A DNA stretch of 64,000 nucleotides, from contig JBIKWN010000005.1 in NCBI GenBank assembly GCA_044356295.1, forward strand, positions 33,403 through 97,402, given 5' to 3'. Source of the DNA: Bdellovibrionota bacterium. Lineage in GTDB: Bacteria > Bdellovibrionota_C > UBA2361 > JBIKWN01. Shown here one piece after another: positions 1 through 10,453 of this stretch. Both the position numbers and the translations under genes were made by a program. Each line of letters opens with the position of its first letter. The first letter of the stretch is position 1. The notes below the pieces were generated by a model that worked only from the letters and a program-made list of their open reading frames with translations, was not told the DNA's origin and ran no database searches.

Positions 1-787
1 TTCTCTTGAGGATACCACCTTCACCGCGAAGAGCTTCAGTGATAAGAAATGATTTAGCCTGAGGATGATATAAACATGTTGGATGAAATTGGAAAAATTC
101 TAGGTTAGCAACCGAGACACCAGCGCGAAAACACATTGCGATACCATCACCTGTAGCAACATCAGGATTTGAAGTATAAAGATATACTTTTCCAGCTCCA
201 CCTGTTGCAACACATGTTTTTTTTGCAAAAATACTTTTGACAGTTCCTTTTTCATCTAATACATAGGCACCGTAACAAGTGTCTACAGGAGCAGATCTAT
301 CAATCTGCTCTCGAGTTGTTAAAAGGTCTACAGCAAAATGATTTTCAAGAAATGTAATATTTGAATTTTGTTTTGCTGTATCAAGGAGGGTTTTAAGGAT
401 AATCCATCCGGTAGCGTCACCTGCATGAAAAATTCTTCTTCGAGAGTGTCCTCCTTCTTGGTGGAGGTGATACTTCCCATTTTCTTTATCAAAGATTGCA
501 CCAAGTTTTATTAGCTCATCAACTCGGTCGATACCTTCATTCACTACTATTTCAACAATTTTCTTGTCGCTCAGATTTGCACCTGCAGTGATGGTGTCTT
601 GAATGTGTAGTTCTGAACTATCGTCTGCCTCAGTTACTGCAGCAATGCCTCCCTGTGCCCAAGAAGTGGATGTCGTGGTGAGTTCTTTCTTTGAAACAAC
701 TAAAACTTTACCATGCTTTGCTGCCTCAAGAGCAAAGGTAAGCCCTGCAATTCCAGAACCAAGAACGAGGAAGTCAGTTTTAATCAT
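1..787 (-). CDS. nadB: L-aspartate oxidase (5' part; runs off the window edge)
   Basis: Minus-strand translation from ATG 787: MIKTDFLVLGSGIAGL (FAD-binding GxGxxG), WAQGGIAA, EGGHSRRRIFHAGDATG, LATGGAG-like CVATGGAG, TSNPDVATGDG and EFFQFHPT. Absent from the ORF track because it is truncated. Confidence 0.93.
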   Translation of the reverse strand, partial: MIKTDFLVLGSGIAGLTFALEAAKHGKVLVVSKKELTTTSTSWAQGGIAAVTEADDSSELHIQDTITAGANLSDKKIVEIVVNEGIDRVDELIKLGAIFDKENGKYHLHQEGGHSRRRIFHAGDATGWIILKTLLDTAKQNSNITFLENHFAVDLLTTREQIDRSAPVDTCYGAYVLDEKGTVKSIFAKKTCVATGGAGKVYLYTSNPDVATGDGIAMCFRAGVSVANLEFFQFHPTCLYHPQAKSFLITEALRGEGGILKR

Positions 788-940
788 TGGAAGATACTAT
801 CATTGAAACCTACCTTTTGCAGCTATATCCGAGGCTTTGTATCAAGAGTTTGTTGATTTCAGGATGAGTCCTTGCAACCAGTTAATGGAAGTCTAATACT
901 TAGGACTCTATTCCCTGACAAGTAGGTTATATTAAATAAA

Positions 941-1990
941 ATGAGTAACAGTTCACAAGAATTTTACATGAGAAAAGCCCTTTCTCTTGCAGAGCAGGGA
1001 TTTCCTAAGACCCGCCCAAACCCTATGGTTGGAGCAGTATTAGTTTCTAAAGATCAAGAAATCATAGGTGAAGGGTTTCACAGAGCTTATGGTGAACCAC
1101 ATGCCGAAGTTGTATGCCTAAATGATGCTCAACTAAAAGGAGCATCGGCAGATGTTATAGCTTCTTCAACACTCTATGTAACGTTAGAGCCTTGTGCTCA
1201 TTCAGGAAAGACGCCACCGTGTATTGATACTATTATTTCTCATAACATAAAAAAAATTGTTGTGAGTACTCTAGATCCGAATCCATTAGTAAATGGAGAA
1301 GGGATTGCTGCCCTTCAACGTGCGGGTATTGAAGTAATTACAGGTGTATTAGAGAAAGAATCACAGTTACTCAATAAACGTTTCTTTTGTTTCCATCAAA
1401 AGAAACGTCCCTATGTTATTTTGAAATGGGCTCAAACCATCGATGGTTTTATTGCTCAGGAAGACGGGACCTCAAAATGGATCTCTGGTGAATCAGCACG
1501 AGGGCTTGTCCATAAATGGCGAGATGAAGAGATGGCAATCATGATCGGGACGATGACTGCAATCTTGGACAATCCATTTTTAACTTCAAGATTAGTTGGT
1601 GGAAGAAATCCTGTGCGGATTATTCTAGATAGAGAATTAAAAATCCCAACAAGTTTTAATGTTTTTGATGAGTCTGCAAAAACGATACTTTTTAATGAGC
1701 TTGAGGATTATAACTACGGAGCAGCAGAGCTAGTTAAAATCCCTTTTGACGCGGATCTTTTGCCTCACATTTTAGATATTCTTTATCAACGAGGATTACA
1801 GTCATTGATTGTTGAAGGGGGAAGTAAGCTATTGCATTCATTTATTGATCTGAAGCTATGGGATGAAGCCCGTATCGTTGTAAATGAAAAAAAATTTCTT
1901 AAAGGTATTCCTGCACCAAAAATGACGCTTCCTCATGAGCCTACGATGAGCTTTCTACATGATAAGGATAAGCTCTATATTATTTCATAA
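941..1990 (+). CDS. ribD: Bifunctional riboflavin biosynthesis deaminase/reductase
   Basis: NPMVGAV, HAE and TLEPCAHSGKTPPC Zn-deaminase motifs; reductase part KWAQTIDG, SKWISG and VEGG. Confidence 0.95.
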   Translation: MSNSSQEFYMRKALSLAEQGFPKTRPNPMVGAVLVSKDQEIIGEGFHRAYGEPHAEVVCLNDAQLKGASADVIASSTLYVTLEPCAHSGKTPPCIDTIISHNIKKIVVSTLDPNPLVNGEGIAALQRAGIEVITGVLEKESQLLNKRFFCFHQKKRPYVILKWAQTIDGFIAQEDGTSKWISGESARGLVHKWRDEEMAIMIGTMTAILDNPFLTSRLVGGRNPVRIILDRELKIPTSFNVFDESAKTILFNELEDYNYGAAELVKIPFDADLLPHILDILYQRGLQSLIVEGGSKLLHSFIDLKLWDEARIVVNEKKFLKGIPAPKMTLPHEPTMSFLHDKDKLYIIS

Positions 1991-2011
1991 TCTCTATGTA
2001 CTGATTGATTC

Positions 2012-3184
2012 ATGAACATTATCAGAATTATCTACCTATTGTTTTACGGTATTATTGGATGCCACTTGCCATATTATCCGCTTTATTTATCCTCGATTGG
2101 ATATTCTACTTCTGAAATTGGATTTTTTGTTGGTTTGCAAGGCATATCAGTTTTAGTAATGCCACTTATCTCTGGATTCTTTTCTGATACTTTTAAGGGA
2201 GCTGCACTTTTTCAAAAAAGATTATTTGCATTTGGATGTTTTGTTTTTCTAACGAGTATTGCATTCGTTGAATCCTTCTTATTGCTCAGTATTTTCTCAT
2301 TTTTACTTGGCATTTGTATGAATCCGCTTTTTAGCCTGATAGATACCTGGGTGATGCAAAGAATGAAATACCATGAGTTTGAAATGGATCGATTTGCGTC
2401 TTGTCGTGTCTGGGGCAGTATCGGATTTATTGTTCCCACTGCAATTTTTTGGTTACTGAGTTTTTATTATCAACTTAATTATCAACTGCTTTTATTAATG
2501 GGCTCCGCTTTTGCTTTATGCCTTTTCTTATTTTTGTTAAATAATAAATTAAATTTCCCGATCAATGCCATAGAGGAGACCTCAGTACTAAAGAGAAATC
2601 CTCTTCGACTTGCTCTTACTGCTTATACACATAAAGAACATCGACCTGTTTTCTTTGCGACATTTTGTATTGCAGCAGCAATGGGGGTGTATTATTCGAT
2701 GTTTTCTTTGTTGTTGCAGTCGCTACATCTTACTCCAGTTGCGATAGGAATAATGTACAATCTAGGTGTTGTTGCAGAAGTCTGTTTTCTTTTTATTATC
2801 CCTCGTTTTAGTCAAAGAATTTCATTAACTCAAGGTATTACCATTGCAGCAATTGCAACATTTTTGCGGTTTCTGATCTTATCTTCTACTGAAGCAGTAG
2901 ATGTTATAGCGATATCACAAATAACTCATGGCTTTATCATCTGGGGAATTGCAGTGCTTGCTAGTATGTATATTAGTTCGATAGCAAAAGATGAAAATAG
3001 ATACTCATTGTTTTCTTTGTATCAAATGATGCAAGGGGGAGTTGCTCGAGTTGTTGGAGCTTTCTTGGTGCCTTGGCTTGTGGGTCTTTTTGTGACCGAT
3101 CCTCATGCAGTACTGCATTATTCTATGCTAGTTGCCAGTTTGATTGCTTTGTTGGGTTTTGCCGCATTGCAGGCAAAAACTTAG
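2012..3184 (+). CDS. MFS transporter (MFS_1_like / nucleoside:H+ symporter-like)
   Basis: About 12 hydrophobic segments; RVWGSIGF and GVVAEV motifs. Confidence 0.8.
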   Translation: MNIIRIIYLLFYGIIGCHLPYYPLYLSSIGYSTSEIGFFVGLQGISVLVMPLISGFFSDTFKGAALFQKRLFAFGCFVFLTSIAFVESFLLLSIFSFLLGICMNPLFSLIDTWVMQRMKYHEFEMDRFASCRVWGSIGFIVPTAIFWLLSFYYQLNYQLLLLMGSAFALCLFLFLLNNKLNFPINAIEETSVLKRNPLRLALTAYTHKEHRPVFFATFCIAAAMGVYYSMFSLLLQSLHLTPVAIGIMYNLGVVAEVCFLFIIPRFSQRISLTQGITIAAIATFLRFLILSSTEAVDVIAISQITHGFIIWGIAVLASMYISSIAKDENRYSLFSLYQMMQGGVARVVGAFLVPWLVGLFVTDPHAVLHYSMLVASLIALLGFAALQAKT

Positions 3185-3250
3185 AAATTTTATAGAAATA
3201 ATATACTTTATTGAAATATCTTAGGTTGTACGATCAAGATATTATAAACC

Positions 3251-4336
3251 TTGATGGAATTTGATGGACGAAGTGAATTTGATAATTCTTTGGGCAAAGA
3301 ATCCCTTCGTGTACCTATAACATATAATTTTCCTAAAATAGCACGCGCCTCTTTCATGGTGGAGGAAGTTCACGAGTCATGCGAAAAAATAAAAACATTA
3401 ATTCTTGATCGAGAGATACCGTATTTCCTAGCATCTTTAAAGAAAGTTTCCCCTGATTTAGCAAAAACCTATGAATCGCTTTGTATCGATAGGCAAGGCG
3501 GGATCAATCCTATACCTCGTATTGAAGAGTTTACGAAAATTATTTATGAACCTTTAAAAAGAATCTTACTTTCAGGAGAAGATTGTGAAGATAAACAGCG
3601 ATGTACATTTTCGCTACATCGATTTTTTGAACTTCAAAGAGTTTATTCACAGTTTTTGAGAAAAGGTCCATTGGTTACTTTGTATCAAACAGCCAAACGA
3701 TCACGAGAGCTTATTGATCGTTCGCCGCCTAACTTGCCTTATGATGAATTCAAATTGAAAGGGCAACGATCTGTTTATTTACATAAAAATTGGTTTAGCA
3801 CTGAGATATTTGTACCAATTGCAAAAAAAGCTCTAGCCTTTCAAAAATACTCCCCCCAGCAGCTTCAAGAGTTACTTTTTGCCGACAGTCTGGAATCAGA
3901 ATTAGATATTGAATTAAGAAAAGCTTCAATTACAGGAATAAGAGGAGTCCTCGGTGGAGGACATTTCGATACACGCTTATCTCAATTATCAAAATTACCT
4001 GGAATAGATGCAAAATCTGGAAATACTTATATTGTTTGTTCTGATAAGTATACAAAAGCAATGGTTCGTAGCTATCTTGATTCCATAAATCCGAACGGAG
4101 TTATTACCTTAGTGAGTAGTGCCGACGAGCAAAGAGCTGAGCTTACGGATGAAAAGATATTTAGTAAAAAATCTAATCTTATATTCTTTGGTGTTGGTCC
4201 TTTGACTATTCCGTTGTTTGAGAGGATTGCTCAGAGTGACACTGCTAAAGAAAAACCTAGAATTACATTTCTTTGTTTTAGTAATTCTCCTGATGCTTGG
4301 ACACTGAAAGAGAAATTAGGCGTTATTCCGTTTTAA
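3251..4336 (+). CDS. Hypothetical protein
   Basis: 361-aa ORF with no recognised motif. Confidence 0.6.
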   Translation: MMEFDGRSEFDNSLGKESLRVPITYNFPKIARASFMVEEVHESCEKIKTLILDREIPYFLASLKKVSPDLAKTYESLCIDRQGGINPIPRIEEFTKIIYEPLKRILLSGEDCEDKQRCTFSLHRFFELQRVYSQFLRKGPLVTLYQTAKRSRELIDRSPPNLPYDEFKLKGQRSVYLHKNWFSTEIFVPIAKKALAFQKYSPQQLQELLFADSLESELDIELRKASITGIRGVLGGGHFDTRLSQLSKLPGIDAKSGNTYIVCSDKYTKAMVRSYLDSINPNGVITLVSSADEQRAELTDEKIFSKKSNLIFFGVGPLTIPLFERIAQSDTAKEKPRITFLCFSNSPDAWTLKEKLGVIPF

Positions 4337-5375
4337 GAAAATATATACCTGCTTGACCAAATCCTGCTGTCATTGGGAATTCTTGTGGGAATTTCATCAT
4401 CAACGAACTCTCAAGGACTGCGGCAATAGAAGGTTTTATTTTACCAAGTCCTTCAAGTGAAGCTCTAAAATGGAAATCAAGTTCTTCTGCACTCATAATG
4501 AATATCTTTCCATGTTCAGGATCAGTTTTTTCGTGTCTACGAGTTGTGCTTATTATTGTAGAGCTGTTCTCGCCAGCAGTAGAGAGGGGCAATCCCATTC
4601 TTCGAGCATAGAGTTGAGAAATAAGTGCAATTTCAAATCCAATAGCAGTTTGATCCTGTGCAAATTCATTTGGAATTCCTAATACAATACCTTGTTGTAA
4701 GTCTGATTCATCAGCGGATTGAAGAACACGCAGTGCTCTTTTACCCCATACAGAAAGCCCTGAATGTTCTTCGAGGGGCTGATCTTCAACAATTTTAGCA
4801 GAGTAATGAATGATTAACTCACCACATAATTTTTCCAACTCAGGTTTTCCGAATCTTGAACCCTTATTTTCACGTTGAGTTCTAATCTTTTTGAATTCTC
4901 TATATCCTTGTGATTCATTTGAGCCATTCGAAACAGGTGTAAGAAGATCGCAAAGTGAATCACTAAGAACGCTACGAAATGCACCAGCTATCCCAACTGT
5001 CATCAAAGCCCCAGCACAAGCAGAATCTTCTTGAATAAGATTTCTAAGTGCAACTTGATAGGCAGCCATTGGTGAATTATGACGTCTGGCAATTTCACCT
5101 AAGACCCTTTTGGCTGCTTTTTTAACGAGATCGGGAATATTTTGATTATCAATCTTAGATTTTAGTGAAGAAATATCATTTTCAAATTTTTTGTTCACTG
5201 AAGTATCAACAGAGGATCCTTTCCAAAACAGTAATCCTGCATCCCCATCCCCAGTATCTACGGTGACTGGGTCAAAGCCATTTTTAACGAGTCTTGAATC
5301 AAGATCTTTTTCAACCTCAAAAGGTCTTTCTGACTGCGAAAAGCCGGTATAATGTATTGATGTAAGATTACGCAT
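4323..5375 (-). CDS. Hypothetical protein
   Basis: 350-aa ORF with no recognised motif. Confidence 0.6.
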   Translation of the reverse strand: MRNLTSIHYTGFSQSERPFEVEKDLDSRLVKNGFDPVTVDTGDGDAGLLFWKGSSVDTSVNKKFENDISSLKSKIDNQNIPDLVKKAAKRVLGEIARRHNSPMAAYQVALRNLIQEDSACAGALMTVGIAGAFRSVLSDSLCDLLTPVSNGSNESQGYREFKKIRTQRENKGSRFGKPELEKLCGELIIHYSAKIVEDQPLEEHSGLSVWGKRALRVLQSADESDLQQGIVLGIPNEFAQDQTAIGFEIALISQLYARRMGLPLSTAGENSSTIISTTRRHEKTDPEHGKIFIMSAEELDFHFRASLEGLGKIKPSIAAVLESSLMMKFPQEFPMTAGFGQAGIYFLKTE

Positions 5376-5415
5376 GATATTTAAGACGTTATGGCACTAA
5401 AAAAAGAAGTGTAAC

Positions 5416-6048
5416 TTATTGAAAAGTTCCCAGAGCATCCGCTACGGCTTGTAGGTCTTTTTCCTCAACCATCACCATAAGATCTGTCCAGCAGCTCATT
5501 TCTTCAAGTACGTTGATATTATGCTCTGCAAAAAGGCGATACACAAAAGCTATAACCCCTGGAATCGTCTCAATTTTTCTTGAAAAACGCATATGCACCC
5601 TTACAAGGTCCTCGCTAATGCGAAGAATTCTTCCTTTAAATGCTGTTTTTACTTCACTCAGAAGTGTTTCTGAGATGATGAGGGTCACAACATCTTCCCC
5701 TTCAATTAATGAAAAAGTACTCCCTTCATCGTTTGCTTCGTCTCGTAGCACTGAAAGCCGTTCAAAGCTCCTTGGCTTTTCAATAATAACGACAGCCATC
5801 TTCGTTTGAAGATTCACACTGGATCTCTTCATGACTTGGAGGATTGTTTCATCTTTACCGGATTTTTTTGGTCTCCGTTTGATAATCCTTCTGCATGCCA
5901 TAAGTACTGCATCAAATTGTCGGATGTTTGCTTGACTACATATAAGTCTCGCTAAAGCAGAATAATTTACAAGCCCACGCTGAGCACAATCGGCAATGCT
6001 TTGGTTGTCTGCAAGGAATTTTCTAATAACTTTGGAAGTCGGTTGCAT
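5416..6048 (-). CDS. ACT-domain protein with putative N-terminal DNA-binding region
   Basis: N-terminal IADCAQRGLVNYSALARLI; C-terminal ACT repeat IETIPGVIAFVYRLFAEHNINVLEEMSCWTD. ATG 6048 is preferred over TTG 6060. Confidence 0.75.
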   Translation of the reverse strand: MQPTSKVIRKFLADNQSIADCAQRGLVNYSALARLICSQANIRQFDAVLMACRRIIKRRPKKSGKDETILQVMKRSSVNLQTKMAVVIIEKPRSFERLSVLRDEANDEGSTFSLIEGEDVVTLIISETLLSEVKTAFKGRILRISEDLVRVHMRFSRKIETIPGVIAFVYRLFAEHNINVLEEMSCWTDLMVMVEEKDLQAVADALGTFQ

Positions 6049-6052
6049 AGAT

Positions 6053-6100
6053 ATGTTCAAATTTGAACATTTTTGTTTATAAATGTTCTTCTTGCAACAT
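6053..6100. promoter_or_regulatory. Two operator-like boxes ATGTT-N8-AACAT (6053-6070 and 6083-6100)
   Basis: ATGTTCAAATTTGAACAT is a perfect 18-bp palindrome. ATGTTCTTCTTGCAACAT has the same arms and spacing 30 bp further on. Both lie between divergent genes. Confidence 0.65.
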
Positions 6101-6770
6101 TTTTTTAAGGGATCCCTCTTACAGCAAATTTTTAATCTGGTACCCTTTATTAATCTTGAAAACTGCTCTTCGAATCGTATCTCAACCTTTTCCCTTAATA
6201 ACTGTCCAAAGAGCGACTGCTGATCACTTGTGCTTTGTTGAACAGATCATTGAGCTTATTGCTCTATCAGCTAAAGAGCGTGGGACAGGCAGAGGCATAA
6301 GAAGCTACGAGGAAATTGCGGGTAAAATTAACAAAGGCCAGGCAGTTATATCAATCTCGCCAGAAGGTAAATTTGTTGGATTTTGTTATGTAGAAGGGTA
6401 TGACGAAGGGAAGTACTTTGCGAATTCTGCCCTTATTGTCTCACATGAATTTAGAGGCTTCGGAATATCTAGACAGTTAAAGATCGAAGCATTTCGCCTT
6501 GGAGCAAAGATTTTCCCAGGAGCAAGCCCAATATCAATTACCACAAGTGCACCTGTGATGAAGTTAAATGGAGAGCTTGGGTATAAAGCAGTTACTTTCT
6601 CTGAAATTAGTTCGGATCCTAAATTCTGGGAAGGCTGCAAGGGATGTGTTAACTATAGCCTTCTTACCAAATTAGATGGCAAGAACTGTATCTGTACTGC
6701 GATGAAGGCAGAGCCACCAAAAGCAAAAAGTGCTTTGTCTAGACTGCGTTCTGTTAAAAAGAGCAGCTAA
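6063..6770 (+). CDS. GNAT acetyltransferase, Bacteroidetes arg-cluster (ArgA-like) type; true start probably downstream of 6063
   Basis: SAKERGTG, FVGFCYVE, ANSALIV, ITTSAPVMKLN, LGYKAVTFSE, FWEGCKGCVNY and CICTAM motifs. Confidence 0.75.
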   Translation: MNIFVYKCSSCNIFLRDPSYSKFLIWYPLLILKTALRIVSQPFPLITVQRATADHLCFVEQIIELIALSAKERGTGRGIRSYEEIAGKINKGQAVISISPEGKFVGFCYVEGYDEGKYFANSALIVSHEFRGFGISRQLKIEAFRLGAKIFPGASPISITTSAPVMKLNGELGYKAVTFSEISSDPKFWEGCKGCVNYSLLTKLDGKNCICTAMKAEPPKAKSALSRLRSVKKSS

Positions 6771-6874
6771 TTATTTAAAATTTATCTTTATTATTTCTAT
6801 TTCTTCTATCGCTTTAGGAGTACGAAACTGTGTGGCATCGCCTTCTTTAGCGTTCATTCACACTGTACCAGTTC

Positions 6875-9457
6875 TTGCGTGAAGGGTTATTGCTGTTTGA
6901 GCATTGGGTGAGGCTCTCTGAAATTTATTGGATTAGCCACCAAAAAGACGGGATACTACTGAGCTGTAGTATCATGACGCATCCAGCTTTCTCCTATTCT
7001 AAATTGCCCACTGATGAACTAAATGGCGGGCAAAGTGTTTTTAGTTCTGTATTAAAAAGTCTAGCTGAGGCTGAAAAGTTTGATGCGCCCCTTCTTCTAT
7101 TAACACTCACTAGGTTGGCGGCAGTTATATCCGATGAGTCATCATCAAAAATTGAGGCAGCCCGTTGTAGTGCAATGCTTGGTTACATTCTTAGTTATGT
7201 AACCATGAAGATAAGTGATCACATTAATAACGTTGATGAAGATAACGAATTTTTTGAATTAAAAAAAATCTGTACGCTGTTGAATGAGCAATATAGTGCA
7301 ATGTCTCAAGATTCTGAAGGCTTGCTTTTGGCGGCACTCACGCCGGGGGTTCCTGAAAGTTTTGTTAATTATTGTGTAAAAAGTATTTTTTCTTCATCTT
7401 CTTTTTATTCAAACAAGATAAATACAACAAGCGTCGTTCGTGCATTTTCATCTGAATGGAGGGTTGCATTTGATACACTACGTTCTGAAGAAGCTATGCC
7501 TATCCAAGTGGGGCTTGCATTGGCTGTCAGCATGTTGAGTGAGAATATCGACAATCATACATTCATTTTTAGTTTGCTCCATCAAAAGTGGAGGAGTCAC
7601 CCTTTTGTCATCTCAATATTGTTTAACACTGAAAGCAACGCTCATTTATCATCCTATCCACTGACTTCAGATTCTAAGCACAGTACATTCCAAATTGTTA
7701 ACGAACGTTTGGCTGAAATTGTTTGTGATTCAATTCGGCAAGATGAAGACCCTCGCAAATCTGAAGCACTCATTCCTTTATTGCAGAAAACCGACTCAAT
7801 GGATGAGTATTCACTGGTATTAAATGGAGCACGTATTGCCGGTGCACCATGGCTCAACCGTGCTTTGGTCAGTGCGATTGGTAACTTCACGCAAGCGAGT
7901 AGAGAGCTTTATAATGCCATCACTGCTTTAACTGATCACGGTGGTCCAGAATGTGTTGAAGCGCTTCGTATAGGACGATCACATTACCCGAAAGGTGATG
8001 AACGTTGGTTTTTAGCTACCTTGGGTATGGCGCAACATGATGATCCTGAGGCACTTGATCAGATTTCCAAAGCTGCAGCAAAGAATTCCATGAATCTTTG
8101 GGCATCCATAAACGGTGAAGAGTTTGTTGAGAAAATTGAAAACGATAAGACTGGTAAGCTTACCAACGTGCTTTGGAATGGTATCTATAAATGTGGAAAA
8201 GCGCAGTCTGAAACTATATTGTTCGCACTCTTAAATAAGAAAATTGATGATCAATTAATAATTCCACGTGCTGAATTAGAAGAATATGTTCAGAAGATAT
8301 TATCTTCGAAAAAACTTCAACCCTTCGAACTATCGATTGCATTGAAAATAGGAACAGTATTTCAGATTAGTCTATCAGACGATCAGCTTAGCGCAGTCAT
8401 ATCAAAAAAATATCGAAGAAATGATTTGATTTCTTCGATAAGTAGTTTCTTAGTGAGTAATCTTAATCAAAATTATCCTGAAACATTCAAGATAATTCGT
8501 GCAAAGTACCCTAAACTTATTAGGACTGTTGAAAACATCGAACTCATTAAATCTGGTTCACTTTCTCCACTCATGTTACCTCTCAAACTAACAGCTGACT
8601 TCAGTGTTTATAAGGCTATTTTATCGGATTGCGTCCAATTTGCTTCTTATGTTGTTTTGCCTGCGTTAAACGATGAGGTATTAGAAGCAAACTATTTAAA
8701 TTCACTTTTCTCAAATAAGGCGAATCGTGAAGAATTCTATGAGGGCCTTGAAGAGGGAGCCCGCCAATTAGAGAGTCAAGACAAACGAGATGATGCTTTT
8801 CAATTGCGCACATACCGAGAAGCACTTATCACCTCTCAAGCGCTCGGAATTAGTAAACCTTTTCGATTTAAGCCATCGGAGCTACTTCAATTAACTCAGG
8901 CAAGGATGCATCCAAAATCTTGCCAAGGAAAGCCAATCGTCGTTATGTGTTTTGCATCGTTTGATTGGAATGGTGCTTTCAGTAATCTTAGTTCGATCCT
9001 TAAGCCGTACTTTGAAAACAATTATGCGGTTTTATACTATGAAATTAAAGAGAAAGAAGAACTTGTAGACGCTCTAGAAGAAGTTCGAGTTGAATATCAT
9101 CAGAAGGCATCAGCGATTTGGATCGCTGCTCATGCGGCGCCACAGTCGTTACAATATTCAAAAATGAATCCTGAACACGATCTCACAACAGAAGATTCCC
9201 AGATCCTCCGTAACCTCTCTTTGAATCGAACACTTGAGCCAGGTGGACAGTTAATTCTAAAGGGCTGTTCGACGAAACGACCTCTCGCTGGCGCTTTAAC
9301 AATCGGAAGTTCATTTGAATTTGCCGCATCAAGCGTTAAAGATGTTGAAGTGGTTGCTTCAGAATTAATTACCTATACAAGTATGTTTTCCTTTGCTTTA
9401 TCCAGTGATAAAAAAGTCAGAGTATCGCTTCCGCGAAGAGGAATTTCAGGCGGTTAA
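6875..9457 (+). CDS. Large hypothetical helical-repeat protein with possible C-terminal His-Cys peptidase-like domain
   Basis: 860-aa ORF (ATG at 6974 is a plausible start); HEAT-like helical middle; C-terminal DWNGAF, IWIAAHA and LILKGCST. Confidence 0.55.
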   Translation: MREGLLLFEHWVRLSEIYWISHQKDGILLSCSIMTHPAFSYSKLPTDELNGGQSVFSSVLKSLAEAEKFDAPLLLLTLTRLAAVISDESSSKIEAARCSAMLGYILSYVTMKISDHINNVDEDNEFFELKKICTLLNEQYSAMSQDSEGLLLAALTPGVPESFVNYCVKSIFSSSSFYSNKINTTSVVRAFSSEWRVAFDTLRSEEAMPIQVGLALAVSMLSENIDNHTFIFSLLHQKWRSHPFVISILFNTESNAHLSSYPLTSDSKHSTFQIVNERLAEIVCDSIRQDEDPRKSEALIPLLQKTDSMDEYSLVLNGARIAGAPWLNRALVSAIGNFTQASRELYNAITALTDHGGPECVEALRIGRSHYPKGDERWFLATLGMAQHDDPEALDQISKAAAKNSMNLWASINGEEFVEKIENDKTGKLTNVLWNGIYKCGKAQSETILFALLNKKIDDQLIIPRAELEEYVQKILSSKKLQPFELSIALKIGTVFQISLSDDQLSAVISKKYRRNDLISSISSFLVSNLNQNYPETFKIIRAKYPKLIRTVENIELIKSGSLSPLMLPLKLTADFSVYKAILSDCVQFASYVVLPALNDEVLEANYLNSLFSNKANREEFYEGLEEGARQLESQDKRDDAFQLRTYREALITSQALGISKPFRFKPSELLQLTQARMHPKSCQGKPIVVMCFASFDWNGAFSNLSSILKPYFENNYAVLYYEIKEKEELVDALEEVRVEYHQKASAIWIAAHAAPQSLQYSKMNPEHDLTTEDSQILRNLSLNRTLEPGGQLILKGCSTKRPLAGALTIGSSFEFAASSVKDVEVVASELITYTSMFSFALSSDKKVRVSLPRRGISGG

Positions 9458-9527
9458 GGTGTTTAGAATTTCGGCCAATCGCTCGCGATTAAGTGATCCA
9501 CGTTGTATAAGAGTCTAGTTTCTTAAA

Positions 9528-10082
9528 TCACTTAAACTGTATCTTAATAATCTCAATCTCTTGTATCCCTTTTGGAGATCGAAATTGAATAGTATCTCCT
9601 TCTCGAGCATTCATTAACGCTGATGCCAGCGGGCTTTGCCAGCTAATTTTACCCAGAGTAATCTCTGCTTCATCAACACCAACAATTTGATAAGTCTTTT
9701 GTTCGTCGTCTTCATTACAGATCGTGACAGTTGCACCAAAGCTAACGATATCTTTTTTAGAAACGGCGGCAGGATCAATTGCTTCAGCACTTCGAATCCT
9801 TTTACCAAGAAACCCAAGTTCTCGGTCAATTGCCCGAAGCCTTCGTTTGCCGTATTGATAGTCAGCATTTTCGGATCGATCTCCGTTTTCGGCTGCCCAT
9901 GAAACAGTTTTTACTACTTCGGGGCGTTCGCCGTATTTAAGCTGTTTGTAACGTGATTTTAAGTTTTCAAGACCTGCTGGGGTAATGTAGTTTTTACCTT
10001 GAAGTGTTGGGGAAACAACTTTTTCATCTTCGAAGTCTTCGTCTTCGAGGTAGTCGTCTTCTTTGGTAAAGGCTTTGTTCAT
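9528..10082 (-). CDS. greB: Transcription elongation factor GreB
   Basis: NYITPAG, WAAENGDRSENADYQYGKRRLRAIDR and ISWQSPLA. Confidence 0.95.
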   Translation of the reverse strand: MNKAFTKEDDYLEDEDFEDEKVVSPTLQGKNYITPAGLENLKSRYKQLKYGERPEVVKTVSWAAENGDRSENADYQYGKRRLRAIDRELGFLGKRIRSAEAIDPAAVSKKDIVSFGATVTICNEDDEQKTYQIVGVDEAEITLGKISWQSPLASALMNAREGDTIQFRSPKGIQEIEIIKIQFK

Positions 10083-10234
10083 TTCATAACGAGTATAGCT
10101 AATGTTGGGTTATTGTAGAAGTTTTAGATTCCTTGCGCTTTGCTTGTAAATATTTACTATAGGAAACTAGTTTCAGTAATGTAAGCATAGTGAAATAGAG
10201 GTATCATTTCGTATCTATTAGTTTCAGTACCTAA

Positions 10235-10453
10235 ATGAAAAAGAAAAAAAAACCAGAGCGTTTCGGACTCATTTATAAAGGCTTCTCGTTTGAAGAAGCT
10301 GAGAAAGCATCCAAATCTTTTTGGATTAATATGCCGTTAGCCCAAAAACTAGAAGCAGTTACTCAAGTTATTCAAGATACCTATCTTTTAAAAGGAATTG
10401 ACTTTCATGCACTCAGACTTCTTAGAACTACTGCTATTATTAGAAAAGCATAA
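10235..10453 (+). CDS. Small hypothetical protein, likely partner of the downstream nucleotidyltransferase
   Basis: 72 aa; overlaps the next gene's start in a TA-like two-gene arrangement. Confidence 0.55.
   Translation: MKKKKKPERFGLIYKGFSFEEAEKASKSFWINMPLAQKLEAVTQVIQDTYLLKGIDFHALRLLRTTAIIRKA

Noticed and set aside
603..806. Short ORF here and the many other 60-116-aa ORFs nested in or antisense to long genes
   Set aside because: Shadow frames of well-supported genes (here nadB) with no motifs of their own.
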